DNA from: Gemmatimonadota bacterium
Lineage (GTDB): Bacteria; Gemmatimonadota; Gemmatimonadetes; Gemmatimonadales; GWC2-71-9
Reading direction: 5' to 3'
NCBI GenBank assembly: GCA_039588935.1
Contig: JBDGYW010000001.1
Coordinates: forward strand, 13,659 to 77,658
DNA: 64,000 bases
The notes under the pieces were generated by a model. The model ran no database searches, was not told the origin of the DNA, and worked only from the letters and a program-made list of their open reading frames with translations. Within the stretch, counting starts at the first letter, position 1. The number at the start of each line of letters is the position of its first letter. This document shows, piece after piece, positions 6,820 to 13,962 of the stretch. Position numbers and translations under genes: made by a program.

Positions 6820-7086
6820 TTGACGGTGCAGCAAAGAACCAGGTGCCGCGAAATCCTATCGACGCACGCCGGTGCTGTCGAGTGTCGCCGCAACCGCGAC
6901 ACCGGGACCGTAATTACCCTCTATCGAGCCAGTGAGGCGGGCTTGGACGATGATCCATGGACGCCGTGGGCGACCGTTTGTGAGGATCATGGATCTATCG
7001 TGCTTCACCGGACACGAGCGGATGGCCGTTCCGCGATCGCACACCCGGATTGGTGTCGCGAGTGTGCCGAGCTGTACGGGCGGTGA
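6820..7086 (+). CDS. Hypothetical protein (88 aa)
   Basis: ORF track. TTG start behind GAGAGGGGGA (GTG 6826 is an alternative). Start uncertain. Confidence 0.5.
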   Translation: MTVQQRTRCREILSTHAGAVECRRNRDTGTVITLYRASEAGLDDDPWTPWATVCEDHGSIVLHRTRADGRSAIAHPDWCRECAELYGR

Positions 7087-7087
7087 G

Positions 7088-7110
7088 AATAAACGACGGT
7101 TTGTTATCAA
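7088..7110 (+). promoter_or_regulatory. Early intercistronic motif copy AATAAACGACGGTTTGTTATCAA
   Basis: Follows stop TGA 7084-7086. Confidence 0.65.
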
Positions 7111-7128
7111 CGAAAGGAAGGGAAAGAC

Positions 7129-7368
7129 ATGATCTTTAGAGTCGAAAACAAGTGGAGCGGTGCGAGGCTCGTCGAGGCGCATGCCCTGGACGAAGCGATC
7201 TCGAAGGCACGCGACGCAGAGATCGGCGAGTTCAAAACCTCCTACGCGGAGAACGCGATCCCAGGCAAGAACCTCGAGCCGAAGGATCTAGAAGAGGCAC
7301 TGGTAGACTTTCGGCCCGATCTCGAACCATTTCGGGCAGAACTTGTCGCGCAGGAGGTGCTCCGCTAG
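7129..7368 (+). CDS. Hypothetical protein (79 aa)
   Basis: ORF track. GGAAGGGAAAG RBS-like. Codons 3-7 carry a 13-bp dyad copy. Confidence 0.65.
   Translation: MIFRVENKWSGARLVEAHALDEAISKARDAEIGEFKTSYAENAIPGKNLEPKDLEEALVDFRPDLEPFRAELVAQEVLR
7135..7147. repeat. 13-bp dyad copy TTTAGAGTCGAAA
   Basis: Within codons 3-7 of CDS 7129..7368. Confidence 0.55.
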
Positions 7369-7391
7369 CTAAACGACGGGCGTGTTATCAG
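7369..7391 (+). promoter_or_regulatory. Early intercistronic motif copy CTAAACGACGGGCGTGTTATCAG
   Basis: Follows stop TAG 7366-7368. Confidence 0.6.
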
Positions 7392-7401
7392 TGAGGGAGA
7401 C

Positions 7402-7659
7402 ATGCCAGAGACTAAATCCGACGCCACCCAGCCGCTAAAGGCGTGGGCAGTACAGCACGACTCGCACGGGATCTGCGTTGACACGCTCTGTTTTCTGCAG
7501 GAGGGCGACAAACCTGAAGGCGACCTCGCGTGGGTGCGCCTCCCCTGGTTGGATGAGCCGGAGGGCGACGAGAGTCGGTGTTTCGAATGCCGGAGCACCA
7601 ACCTAGAGTTTGAGGAACGGGTCACATGTCGCACATGCGGCAAGGTCAGCCCGTACTAG
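7402..7659 (+). CDS. Hypothetical protein (85 aa), C-terminal zinc ribbon
   Basis: ORF track. GAGGGAGA RBS. CFECRS...CRTCG. Confidence 0.65.
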   Translation: MPETKSDATQPLKAWAVQHDSHGICVDTLCFLQEGDKPEGDLAWVRLPWLDEPEGDESRCFECRSTNLEFEERVTCRTCGKVSPY

Positions 7660-7668
7660 GAGGATGAC

Positions 7669-7962
7669 ATGTACGGGAAAACGGTGAGGAAAAGGGTCCG
7701 CGCGGTACTGGAGGAGACAACTCGCGCGGAGGCTCACGTTGAGGTGGACGTGCCGGTCTATGTCTGCCAAGCCTGCGAAGAGCAGGCGGAGGCGGAGGTT
7801 ACCTCGATGCGACGCCAGGCCGCAGACGAACAGCTCTACGTGAGCGGATGGAAAAAACCGGAGGGGTGGATTGACACGGTGGTGTCGGACGATAAGTCAC
7901 TTTGCCTCTGTGGGGGCTGTCTCTCGATTGCGCTTGCAGCCGTGAGCCTGGAGCTGGAATAG
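7669..7962 (+). CDS. Hypothetical protein (97 aa)
   Basis: ORF track. TAGGAGGATGAC-ATG. CQAC...CLCGGC. Confidence 0.65.
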   Translation: MYGKTVRKRVRAVLEETTRAEAHVEVDVPVYVCQACEEQAEAEVTSMRRQAADEQLYVSGWKKPEGWIDTVVSDDKSLCLCGGCLSIALAAVSLELE

Positions 7963-7971
7963 GAGAACTGG

Positions 7972-8478
7972 ATGAGCACCAAAGAACACCCATACCGGAA
8001 GATCGCCAGACAGGGGGTGAAGTACCGAGATGGTGAGGGGTGGATCGACTCGGGAAGTGGGAGGCTTCTCTGCCCGGGCAACTCTCGGCTTGTGACTCTC
8101 AATCTGAAACTTGGCGGTGTTGTCAACCACTGCGTGCCTATGCGAGATCTGCTCCACATCTTCCAGATATACGCCCTGCCTCCGCCCGGGTGGGAACCAC
8201 CACCGGCTCCCCCAGTCGACGCCTGCGAGGGTGAGATTGCGATTCAATCCGACGCGACAAACACGATCGTCTTTAGCCGATCCGTTCGCGGGCTTGTCGA
8301 CGATTATTGGTCGCGTCTCACGCGCGATGAAGTCCCAATCACGCTTCTACGCCCGCTTAGCTTTTGGCCAAGTGACTCGATCCGCCTCATCGGCCTCGGA
8401 GCACGCGACGGCACTGAGGTGGAACTGCACGGTTGCTTTGACCCCATCCCACCGCGCACAGGCGTGGGCTGGAGCTAA
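7972..8478 (+). CDS. Hypothetical protein (168 aa)
   Basis: ORF track. TAGGAGAACTGG-ATG. ORFan. Confidence 0.7.
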   Translation: MSTKEHPYRKIARQGVKYRDGEGWIDSGSGRLLCPGNSRLVTLNLKLGGVVNHCVPMRDLLHIFQIYALPPPGWEPPPAPPVDACEGEIAIQSDATNTIVFSRSVRGLVDDYWSRLTRDEVPITLLRPLSFWPSDSIRLIGLGARDGTEVELHGCFDPIPPRTGVGWS

Positions 8479-8500
8479 CTAAATACGAGTTTGTTATCAA
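8479..8500 (+). promoter_or_regulatory. Early intercistronic motif copy CTAAATACGAGTTTGTTATCAA
   Basis: Follows stop TAA 8476-8478. Part of the 225-bp duplicated segment. Confidence 0.65.
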
Positions 8501-8506
8501 CGGGGG

Positions 8507-8519
8507 TTGAGACTCTAAA
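8507..8519. promoter_or_regulatory. 13-bp dyad copy TTGAGACTCTAAA
   Basis: Intergenic. Fused to the AAAGGAGG RBS of 8530. Confidence 0.65.
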
Positions 8520-8529
8520 GGAGGTTGGC

Positions 8530-8742
8530 GTGAACGGAGCAATGGAACTGTTTTTCCGCGAGCTGGTAGACGAGTATGGCTCGGAGGGGGTGGCTCGCGT
8601 CCTACTCGAGCGTCTCTACAAAAATTGCCAGGAACAGTGGCCACTCAATACGACGTGGGCCGCCAGTGACGAGGGGATAATGACTCATGTTCGTGGGTGG
8701 CTACGCGAAGCAGCGCAGCGACGAACAGGGGCGGCCGGATGA
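8530..8742 (+). CDS. Hypothetical protein (70 aa), short paralog of the N-terminus of 11284..11880
   Basis: ORF track 8491..8742 trimmed to GTG 8530 behind GGAGG. NGAMELFFRELV...QEQWPLN..WAASDEGIMTHVRGWL is shared with 11284. Confidence 0.7.
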   Translation: MNGAMELFFRELVDEYGSEGVARVLLERLYKNCQEQWPLNTTWAASDEGIMTHVRGWLREAAQRRTGAAG

Positions 8743-8918
8743 CGGCACGCAAGACATTCCGCGGCGAGAAGCGGGCGACGAAGGCCGAACTTAAGAAGGA
8801 AGCACGGGAGATCGCGAAGTTCGTCGAGATGTTGTTGCAATTCTCGCACGAAGGCCGCTTCCGTATTCTCCGCGCGCTGTCGGCCTACTTTCGCAACTAC
8901 AACGGAGACGTGAAATAG
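8739..8918 (+). CDS. Hypothetical basic protein (59 aa)
   Basis: ORF track 8697..8918 trimmed to ATG 8739 (ATGA overlap with the previous stop). Confidence 0.55.
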   Translation: MTARKTFRGEKRATKAELKKEAREIAKFVEMLLQFSHEGRFRILRALSAYFRNYNGDVK

Positions 8919-8927
8919 GAGGACGAC

Positions 8928-9527
8928 GTGAGTTACGAACACTGCGAGAAACACGACGAGGATGCGACCAACGGCTGCATGGCGTGTGAGAAGGAGCGGG
9001 TTGCAGCGCTGACGGACGCTGATGTCATCAGCGAACTCTCCGCCATGGCCAGTGGCAACTATCGCCGGACGCCAGAGGAACCGATGTTTGTCCGCGCCAA
9101 CGAAATTCGGAAGCGCTTGAGCAAGGGGCTTGAGGAAAGCGTGGGTGAGTCGTGCGTCGAGTCGCTACGAAGAATGGCGAAGCAGGCGCGCGACAACCTC
9201 ACCGACAGGGAGCGCGAGATCCTCGACAAGCACTTTACACCTCCGCGTCGAGCGGACTCCACGGCCGCATTGCGCACGGAATTAGGGGAGGGGAAGTACA
9301 CCAGGTGGATGGCGCGGCTTTCGGACGGCGAACTCGTCGGCTTGCTATGGTTGGTCGGGGAGTACGCGGCGAGATCCGACTCCCAGGAGCACGACATCGC
9401 AAAGTTTGATCACCCAGGGGACCGCCGGAAGTATGGCGCGTTGAATGGCATCGCTGCCTTCAAGCGCAAGCCGATGAGCCTCGATCTGGTTCGTCTCTTC
9501 ATGCGCAACTGCGTGAATGGAGAGTAG
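8928..9527 (+). CDS. Hypothetical protein (199 aa)
   Basis: ORF track. GTG behind GGAGGACGA 8918-8926. Confidence 0.7.
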   Translation: MSYEHCEKHDEDATNGCMACEKERVAALTDADVISELSAMASGNYRRTPEEPMFVRANEIRKRLSKGLEESVGESCVESLRRMAKQARDNLTDREREILDKHFTPPRRADSTAALRTELGEGKYTRWMARLSDGELVGLLWLVGEYAARSDSQEHDIAKFDHPGDRRKYGALNGIAAFKRKPMSLDLVRLFMRNCVNGE

Positions 9528-9536
9528 AAGGACGTC

Positions 9537-9647
9537 ATGGAAAATGTCTATATCGCGATAGTCGTCGGCACGACCACGCTCCTGGGCGCGCTCATCGGCG
9601 TTCTCGGCGGGCACTTAGCCTCGCGGCGTCGGGACCGTGGAGACTGA
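9537..9647 (+). CDS. Small single-pass membrane peptide (36 aa)
   Basis: Below the ORF-track cutoff. ATG 9537 lies 10 nt after the previous stop. MENVYIAIVVGTTTLLGALIGVLGGHLASRRRDRGD gives a TM helix plus a basic tail. Confidence 0.4.
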   Translation: MENVYIAIVVGTTTLLGALIGVLGGHLASRRRDRGD

Positions 9648-9651
9648 GAGC

Positions 9652-9671
9652 AAAACATGAAGTTATCTTCA
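9652..9671 (+). promoter_or_regulatory. Degenerate early motif copy AAAACATGAAGTTATCTTCA
   Basis: AAAAC-N5-GTTATC upstream of the GGAGG RBS of 9683. Weaker match than the others. Confidence 0.35.
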
Positions 9672-9682
9672 CGGAGGTCACG

Positions 9683-9913
9683 ATGAAGATCCGCATAGTC
9701 AAGCCATCGCAGCGACTGCTCGACTACATCGGGTCGCTTGTGTCGCTCGAGGAACGGCGAACAATCACCGACGATGAACTGCTCAGGCGAGACCGCGCGT
9801 CCGACGACCTGTGGAACGACCTCTCGGACGAGGAACAGGAAGAGGTTCGATCTGGAACGGTGTCCGAAGCGGAAGCCGAGGGTCTCCTGGCCGCACTGAA
9901 GCGTCGACCTTGA
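9683..9913 (+). CDS. Hypothetical acidic protein (76 aa)
   Basis: ORF track. ACGGAGGTCACG-ATG. Confidence 0.65.
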   Translation: MKIRIVKPSQRLLDYIGSLVSLEERRTITDDELLRRDRASDDLWNDLSDEEQEEVRSGTVSEAEAEGLLAALKRRP

Positions 9914-9914
9914 G

Positions 9915-9937
9915 ACTAAACACCAATTTATTATCAG
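9915..9937 (+). promoter_or_regulatory. Early intercistronic motif copy ACTAAACACCAATTTATTATCAG
   Basis: Follows stop TGA 9911-9913. Confidence 0.6.
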
Positions 9938-9946
9938 GAGGCCGAG

Positions 9947-10411
9947 GTGAAGGAGATCATGAAAAAATCAACGCCACTGACGGTCTACGACTGGGTGGCC
10001 TGTGTCGCTCGAATCGTGCCTGAGGCAACCTTTTCAGCCGGGACTCGCATCAGGGACAATAAGCACCGCGTTGTCGTCGAAACTCCATGGATGAACCTGG
10101 AGTGCGTAGTAGAGGAGGATAAGGCGGAGGCTGTTCGCGATCACTTATACACGAAGCGCCCATGTATCGCATGTGAAGGAAAGGGATATGTGGGAACCGC
10201 ACGGGCTCGATGTGCGCACTGCAATGGGGCAGATCTTGAGAGTCGCAATCGCGAGAGCGAGTGCGGCGATGAGCCGGAGTTCGCGATTTGCAGTCAATGC
10301 GGGCTCGCCATCGTGCTTGCAGCCAAGGAGAGCGGGCGACTGGTCAAACACGAGGACCCGTGTTCGCGAAAGCCCTGCCTGGGCATGGCCTCAACGGGTT
10401 CGCCGAAGTAG
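9947..10411 (+). CDS. Cys-rich protein (154 aa) with DnaJ-type CxxCxGxG-like fingers
   Basis: ORF track. GTG 9947 (ATG 9959 is an alternative). CIACEGKGYV, CAHCNG, CSQCG. Confidence 0.65.
   Translation: MKEIMKKSTPLTVYDWVACVARIVPEATFSAGTRIRDNKHRVVVETPWMNLECVVEEDKAEAVRDHLYTKRPCIACEGKGYVGTARARCAHCNGADLESRNRESECGDEPEFAICSQCGLAIVLAAKESGRLVKHEDPCSRKPCLGMASTGSPK
10236..10248. repeat. 13-bp dyad copy TTGAGAGTCGCAA
   Basis: Inside CDS 9947..10411, read as cTT GAG AGT CGC AAt (LESRN). Confidence 0.7.
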
Positions 10412-10423
10412 GAGGACGACGGC

Positions 10424-10609
10424 ATGGACTGTTTGCTAACTTTGGACGAGTTTGTGGAGGAATTCGTCAGGGAAATGACTCGTGACGCAGATGCTTTCAA
10501 GTTGCACACAGAGGGACAGACGATGGCGCCAGGACGGATGTGCGTCGACGAATGGCATCGCCTGTATGTCGCCTTCCTGGACCAGCGTGGCGACGGTGTG
10601 CGCAACTAG
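10424..10609 (+). CDS. Hypothetical protein (61 aa)
   Basis: ORF track. GGAGGACGA at 10411-10419. Confidence 0.6.
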   Translation: MDCLLTLDEFVEEFVREMTRDADAFKLHTEGQTMAPGRMCVDEWHRLYVAFLDQRGDGVRN

Positions 10610-10618
10610 GAGGACAAC

Positions 10619-11236
10619 ATGGCACAACTAGACCAGGCATGGCCGGAGCCGAAGGAACGCCCAATTTTGTTCAGCGGACCGATGGTGCTGGCGATCCTTG
10701 CGGGCAAGAAGACGCAAACGCGGCGGGTGATTAAACCGTCGTGGTCACGATGTCTCGACTTGGACGATCCGGACGACCGCGAGAAAGCGCGGCTGGGTTG
10801 TCCACACGGCACATCTCGGGATCGGTTGTGGGTCCGTGAGACATTCTACTGCGACGACTACCGCTACCCGAACGCTCCACCAGGAGAACTCTTACAGCTG
10901 ATGGAGTATCGAGCTGACCATGATTGTCGGACGTGGGAGGCGGGTTGTCCATGCTGCGATGAGGAGGGGCGCGCGTCTTGGAGGCCGTCTATTCATATGC
11001 CCCGATGGGCCTCGCGGATCACACTTGAAGTGATCGCTGTGAGGGTTGAGCGAGTGCAGTCGATCAGCGAGCAAGGCGTGCTCGCCGAGGGCATCGAGCC
11101 CGCGATCGTTGCCGGTGCGGCCTGGCACTGGCGACCGTTCCAGCACCTCTGGGACTCGATAAACGCCAAGCGCGGATACCCGTGGGCGGAAAACCCGTGG
11201 GTCTGGGTCGTCGAATTCAAGGTCCAGCGAAACTAA
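10619..11236 (+). CDS. ASCH/PUA-like domain protein (205 aa)
   Basis: ORF track. TAGGAGGACAAC-ATG. The N-terminus PILFSGPMVLAILAGKKTQTRRV is typical of ASCH-type phage proteins. Confidence 0.65.
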   Translation: MAQLDQAWPEPKERPILFSGPMVLAILAGKKTQTRRVIKPSWSRCLDLDDPDDREKARLGCPHGTSRDRLWVRETFYCDDYRYPNAPPGELLQLMEYRADHDCRTWEAGCPCCDEEGRASWRPSIHMPRWASRITLEVIAVRVERVQSISEQGVLAEGIEPAIVAGAAWHWRPFQHLWDSINAKRGYPWAENPWVWVVEFKVQRN

Positions 11237-11254
11237 ACCACGGTTTGTTATCAG
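11233..11254 (+). promoter_or_regulatory. Early intercistronic motif copy CTAAACCACGGTTTGTTATCAG
   Basis: Overlaps stop TAA 11234-11236. Part of the 225-bp duplicated segment. Confidence 0.65.
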
Positions 11255-11260
11255 TTGGGA

Positions 11261-11273
11261 TTGAGACTCTAAA
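11261..11273. promoter_or_regulatory. 13-bp dyad copy TTGAGACTCTAAA
   Basis: Intergenic. Fused to the GGAGGACGA RBS (11274-11282) of 11284. Confidence 0.65.
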
Positions 11274-11283
11274 GGAGGACGAG

Positions 11284-11880
11284 ATGAATGGAGCAATGGA
11301 ACTATTTTTTCGCGAGCTAGTAGGCGAGTACGGCCCGGAGAGGGTAGCCCGTGTTTTACTCGAGCGCCTTTACAGGAATTGCCAGGAACAGTGGCCGCTC
11401 AATGCAACCTGGGCCGCCAGCGACGAGGGAATAATGACCCACGTTCGTGGCTGGCTATCCGAGGGCGACAGACCTGAGCGAGTGGGATGCCCCGGAGCCA
11501 CCCACGGGCAGAACAGAGGTGCGGACTGCGACGCGGGCAGCGGACCCGCACCTCAGCCGCCCGTCATCTTGTTCCATCCTGCAGGCAAGAAGCTGGTCAT
11601 CGACCACTCGACGCACCCAATCACGCTCCTCGGTGAGGATGCGTTGGGTGGCGAAGTCCAGCCAATCGTCAACATGCGGCCAATCAACAAGTATGGCCGC
11701 GTCGTCGAATCGCACATTGTTCTCATTCCGAACGCATCGTCGCTGCAGCTCTCATGGCACCCGGCTTACGTGTGGCCGGGAAACACGGTGTACATACCAA
11801 GTGACGGCATGGACATGGTGACCGTGGTGATGGATCGAGACGGGCGCATGCTTTCGACTGTCACGCGCGACTTTCAATAG
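11284..11880 (+). CDS. Hypothetical protein (198 aa), long paralog of 8530..8742
   Basis: ORF track 11182..11880 trimmed to ATG 11284 behind GGAGGACGA. The first ~58 aa are shared with 8530, followed by a unique C-terminal ~140 aa. Confidence 0.75.
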   Translation: MNGAMELFFRELVGEYGPERVARVLLERLYRNCQEQWPLNATWAASDEGIMTHVRGWLSEGDRPERVGCPGATHGQNRGADCDAGSGPAPQPPVILFHPAGKKLVIDHSTHPITLLGEDALGGEVQPIVNMRPINKYGRVVESHIVLIPNASSLQLSWHPAYVWPGNTVYIPSDGMDMVTVVMDRDGRMLSTVTRDFQ

Positions 11881-11889
11881 GAGAGGCTG

Positions 11890-12312
11890 ATGTCTACAGC
11901 GTGTTCATGTGTGGCCATCTCTGGAGAAGAAGGCTACGATCACTGGGGCGAGGAACTGTGCATCGCCGGCACCGAGCGCCAGTGTGTTGAGTGCAATCGC
12001 CAGATTGATCTCGGCGAAGAGTACGAGTACAGCTGGGGGGCGAGGCTCGACGATAACGAGGAGGTCGAGGAGTTCAACTCGTTCATTACCTGCGTTGACT
12101 GCACGTCGATGCGTCAGGCGTTCTTTTGCGAGAGCTGGTACGTGGGTAGAACCTGGGATGACCTGGAGGAGCACCTGGCCGAGGTCGTGCAGTACGGCGA
12201 CGGCGTGTCGAGCGAGTGCATGGCACAGCTGACGAAGTCCGCACGCGATGACGTGTGCGACATCGTCGAGAAACTCTGGAAGGAGTGGGACGATGATGAG
12301 GAGGCCGCATGA
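11890..12312 (+). CDS. Hypothetical Cys-rich acidic protein (140 aa)
   Basis: ORF track. TAGGAGAGGCTG-ATG. Confidence 0.7.
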   Translation: MSTACSCVAISGEEGYDHWGEELCIAGTERQCVECNRQIDLGEEYEYSWGARLDDNEEVEEFNSFITCVDCTSMRQAFFCESWYVGRTWDDLEEHLAEVVQYGDGVSSECMAQLTKSARDDVCDIVEKLWKEWDDDEEAA

Positions 12313-12569
12313 CCTGCACGCCATTCAAGAACAAGGACGGCAAGGTGATAGCGATCGTCTGCACGCGCGGTGACCGCGGACGCCGGTGCCGCGTGCCTGG
12401 CTGCGACCGCCGCGCGACCAAGCAGTGCGACTACCCGGTTACGAGTCACAAGTCGGGCACCTGCGATATGTACCTGTGCGATGCCCATGCGACCACGAAG
12501 GGCCCAGATTTGGACCACTGCCCGGCGCATGCCAGGGTCCACCAGCAGCAGGAGCTGTTTGCGCCATGA
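12309..12569 (+). CDS. Cys/His-rich small protein (86 aa)
   Basis: ORF track. ATGA overlap with the previous stop. CRVPGCDRRATKQCDY...CDMYLCDAH...CPAH. Confidence 0.7.
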   Translation: MTCTPFKNKDGKVIAIVCTRGDRGRRCRVPGCDRRATKQCDYPVTSHKSGTCDMYLCDAHATTKGPDLDHCPAHARVHQQQELFAP

Positions 12570-12778
12570 AACCGCCTAGAGACATTCAATTAGTCGTCAT
12601 GGGGATACTCGTGATTCTGATAGCCGTTTTCGTGATCGCCTACTCGACCTTCATCTGGAAGAAGCCACTCTGGGCGCGGATGCTTGTGTCTGGTGGCTAT
12701 GGACTATGGGTCTACATCGGGACGTTGTTTTTGCGCGAGGGGCTGCGAAGTGCGGAGGGATGGCATGAAAAAAAGTGA
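12566..12778 (+). CDS. Small membrane protein (70 aa, 2 TM)
   Basis: ORF track 12386..12778 trimmed to ATG 12566 (ATGA overlap). LVVMGILVILIAVFVIAY and GGYGLWVYIGTLFL. Confidence 0.6.
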   Translation: MKPPRDIQLVVMGILVILIAVFVIAYSTFIWKKPLWARMLVSGGYGLWVYIGTLFLREGLRSAEGWHEKK

Positions 12779-13226
12779 AATATCAAAAGTGCTCACAATG
12801 CTACTGGGTGCCTACCCGAACGCCAATGTCACCGAGGAGACGATCGTCGTCTACGAGACCATGTTGTCGGACCTTCCCTCGAATGACGTGGTGCAGATCG
12901 TCTTGGAGCACATCGCGAGCAGTAAGTGGTTCCCGGCGATCGCTGAGATCCGGGAGAAGGTCTTCGACAAACAGCTCGACTTGCCACCTGCCGAGGCAGT
13001 GCTGGCGTGGCTGAGTGATGGGTCAGTCCCAGAGGGCTCGATTCCTCGAGAGGCCGTGAGGCTTTGCGGCGGCTACCATTCCTACCGACACAGTACGAAG
13101 CCGGAGATCTGGCGCGCCGAGTTTCGCGCTACCTACGAAAAATTGCGCAAACGCGAGCGCGCGAAGCTATCGGATGCCGGCCTGAGGACTCTTGTCGAGT
13201 CGTCCTTCAGGGTGCTCAGTGGGTAG
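12765..13226 (+). CDS. G39P-like replicative-helicase loader/inhibitor
   Basis: ORF track 12684..13226 trimmed to ATG 12765. ISKVLTMLLGAYPNANVTEETIVVYETMLSDLP...KWFPAIAEIRE matches the pattern of the loader-and-inhibitor-of-G40P family. Confidence 0.6.
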   Translation: MKKSEISKVLTMLLGAYPNANVTEETIVVYETMLSDLPSNDVVQIVLEHIASSKWFPAIAEIREKVFDKQLDLPPAEAVLAWLSDGSVPEGSIPREAVRLCGGYHSYRHSTKPEIWRAEFRATYEKLRKRERAKLSDAGLRTLVESSFRVLSG

Positions 13227-13449
13227 ACGTCGACACAAGGAGTCGAAGATCCCATGCCACTGTTCGCGTTGCGGGTGTCGCATGGAGATCGAGGCGTGGC
13301 TGCTATCGGCCGCACGCGGATGGAACCAGAATTGGAAGCGCCGTGAGGAAATCACGGCTGATGACATCGCGCTTTGCGAGAAATGCCAGAAGGCCCTCGC
13401 CGAACCACCACATGAACAGCAGGCGCTGTTCAGGAAGGCAGGAGAATGA
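13219..13449 (+). CDS. Small zinc-ribbon-like protein (start uncertain)
   Basis: ORF track 13192..13449. GTG 13219 overlaps the previous TAG. CHCSRCGC...CEKC. Confidence 0.45.
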   Translation: MGRRRHKESKIPCHCSRCGCRMEIEAWLLSAARGWNQNWKRREEITADDIALCEKCQKALAEPPHEQQALFRKAGE

Positions 13450-13793
13450 GTTTTCGCTGTGAATGCTGCGGCGAGCCGCAGGCACCAAGAAAGCGACCGA
13501 ATCGAGTCGTGGTTGAGACTCGCAAGGTGTTCGAGGGTCACGGCTACGATCGAAAGATGCGAACGGAGATTGCCAAGGAGGAAGACCGCTGCGATGTCTG
13601 TGCGGTCGGCACCATCGCGGTCGGCCAAGGCGGTGAGGAGCAAGCATTCAAATCTGGCCTGGTGACGCTTGGCGACCGGATGCAGAATGGCGTGTTCGAC
13701 GCGGTCATGGATCCGGAGATCTTCACCTTCAAGGGACAGGAGGGGCCCGTTGTCGGCTCGCAAGGGACAAAGCTCGTGCCGAGTGAGTCCTAG
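13446..13793 (+). CDS. Hypothetical protein (115 aa)
   Basis: ORF track. ATGA overlap. CECCG...CDVC. Confidence 0.65.
   Translation: MSFRCECCGEPQAPRKRPNRVVVETRKVFEGHGYDRKMRTEIAKEEDRCDVCAVGTIAVGQGGEEQAFKSGLVTLGDRMQNGVFDAVMDPEIFTFKGQEGPVVGSQGTKLVPSES
13513..13525. repeat. 13-bp dyad copy TTGAGACTCGCAA
   Basis: Inside CDS 13446..13793, read as gTT GAG ACT CGC AAg (VETRK). Confidence 0.7.
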
Positions 13794-13806
13794 GAAGCGC
13801 CGGCCC

Positions 13807-13962
13807 GTGATCGACGAGGCTGACGAATTCCTCGGCAAGGTGTGGTGGAGTCCCGCCATCGACCATCGCTTCTGTAAGCGCTGCAAGCCGCATGCGATGG
13901 AGTTGGCCTCGATCGTCGGGCGGGCAATCGCTCTCATTGAGGGCCTGCGAGGTGTGCGATGA
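13807..13962 (+). CDS. Hypothetical small protein (51 aa, start uncertain)
   Basis: ORF track 13669..13962 trimmed to GTG 13807, after the stop of 13446..13793. CKRCKPH. Confidence 0.4.
   Translation: MIDEADEFLGKVWWSPAIDHRFCKRCKPHAMELASIVGRAIALIEGLRGVR

Noticed and set aside
4891-11254. Interpreting the TTATCA core of the early motif as relaxed DnaA boxes, or as an extended -10 promoter (TGTTATCAA)
   Set aside because: The copies do not conserve the CACA half of the DnaA box, whereas the true boxes at 2127-2146 are perfect. As a -10 element, transcription would start inside or after the RBS that follows 1-12 nt later, which makes a promoter role unlikely for most copies.
8479-11457. Treating the 225-bp direct repeats, or the dispersed 13-bp and early motifs, as ends of an IS element, MITE or transposon
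   Set aside because: There is no transposase. No terminal inverted repeats flank a discrete unit, and there are no target-site duplications. The repeated segments are in-frame gene starts with their leaders, which is consistent with segmental duplication rather than transposition.
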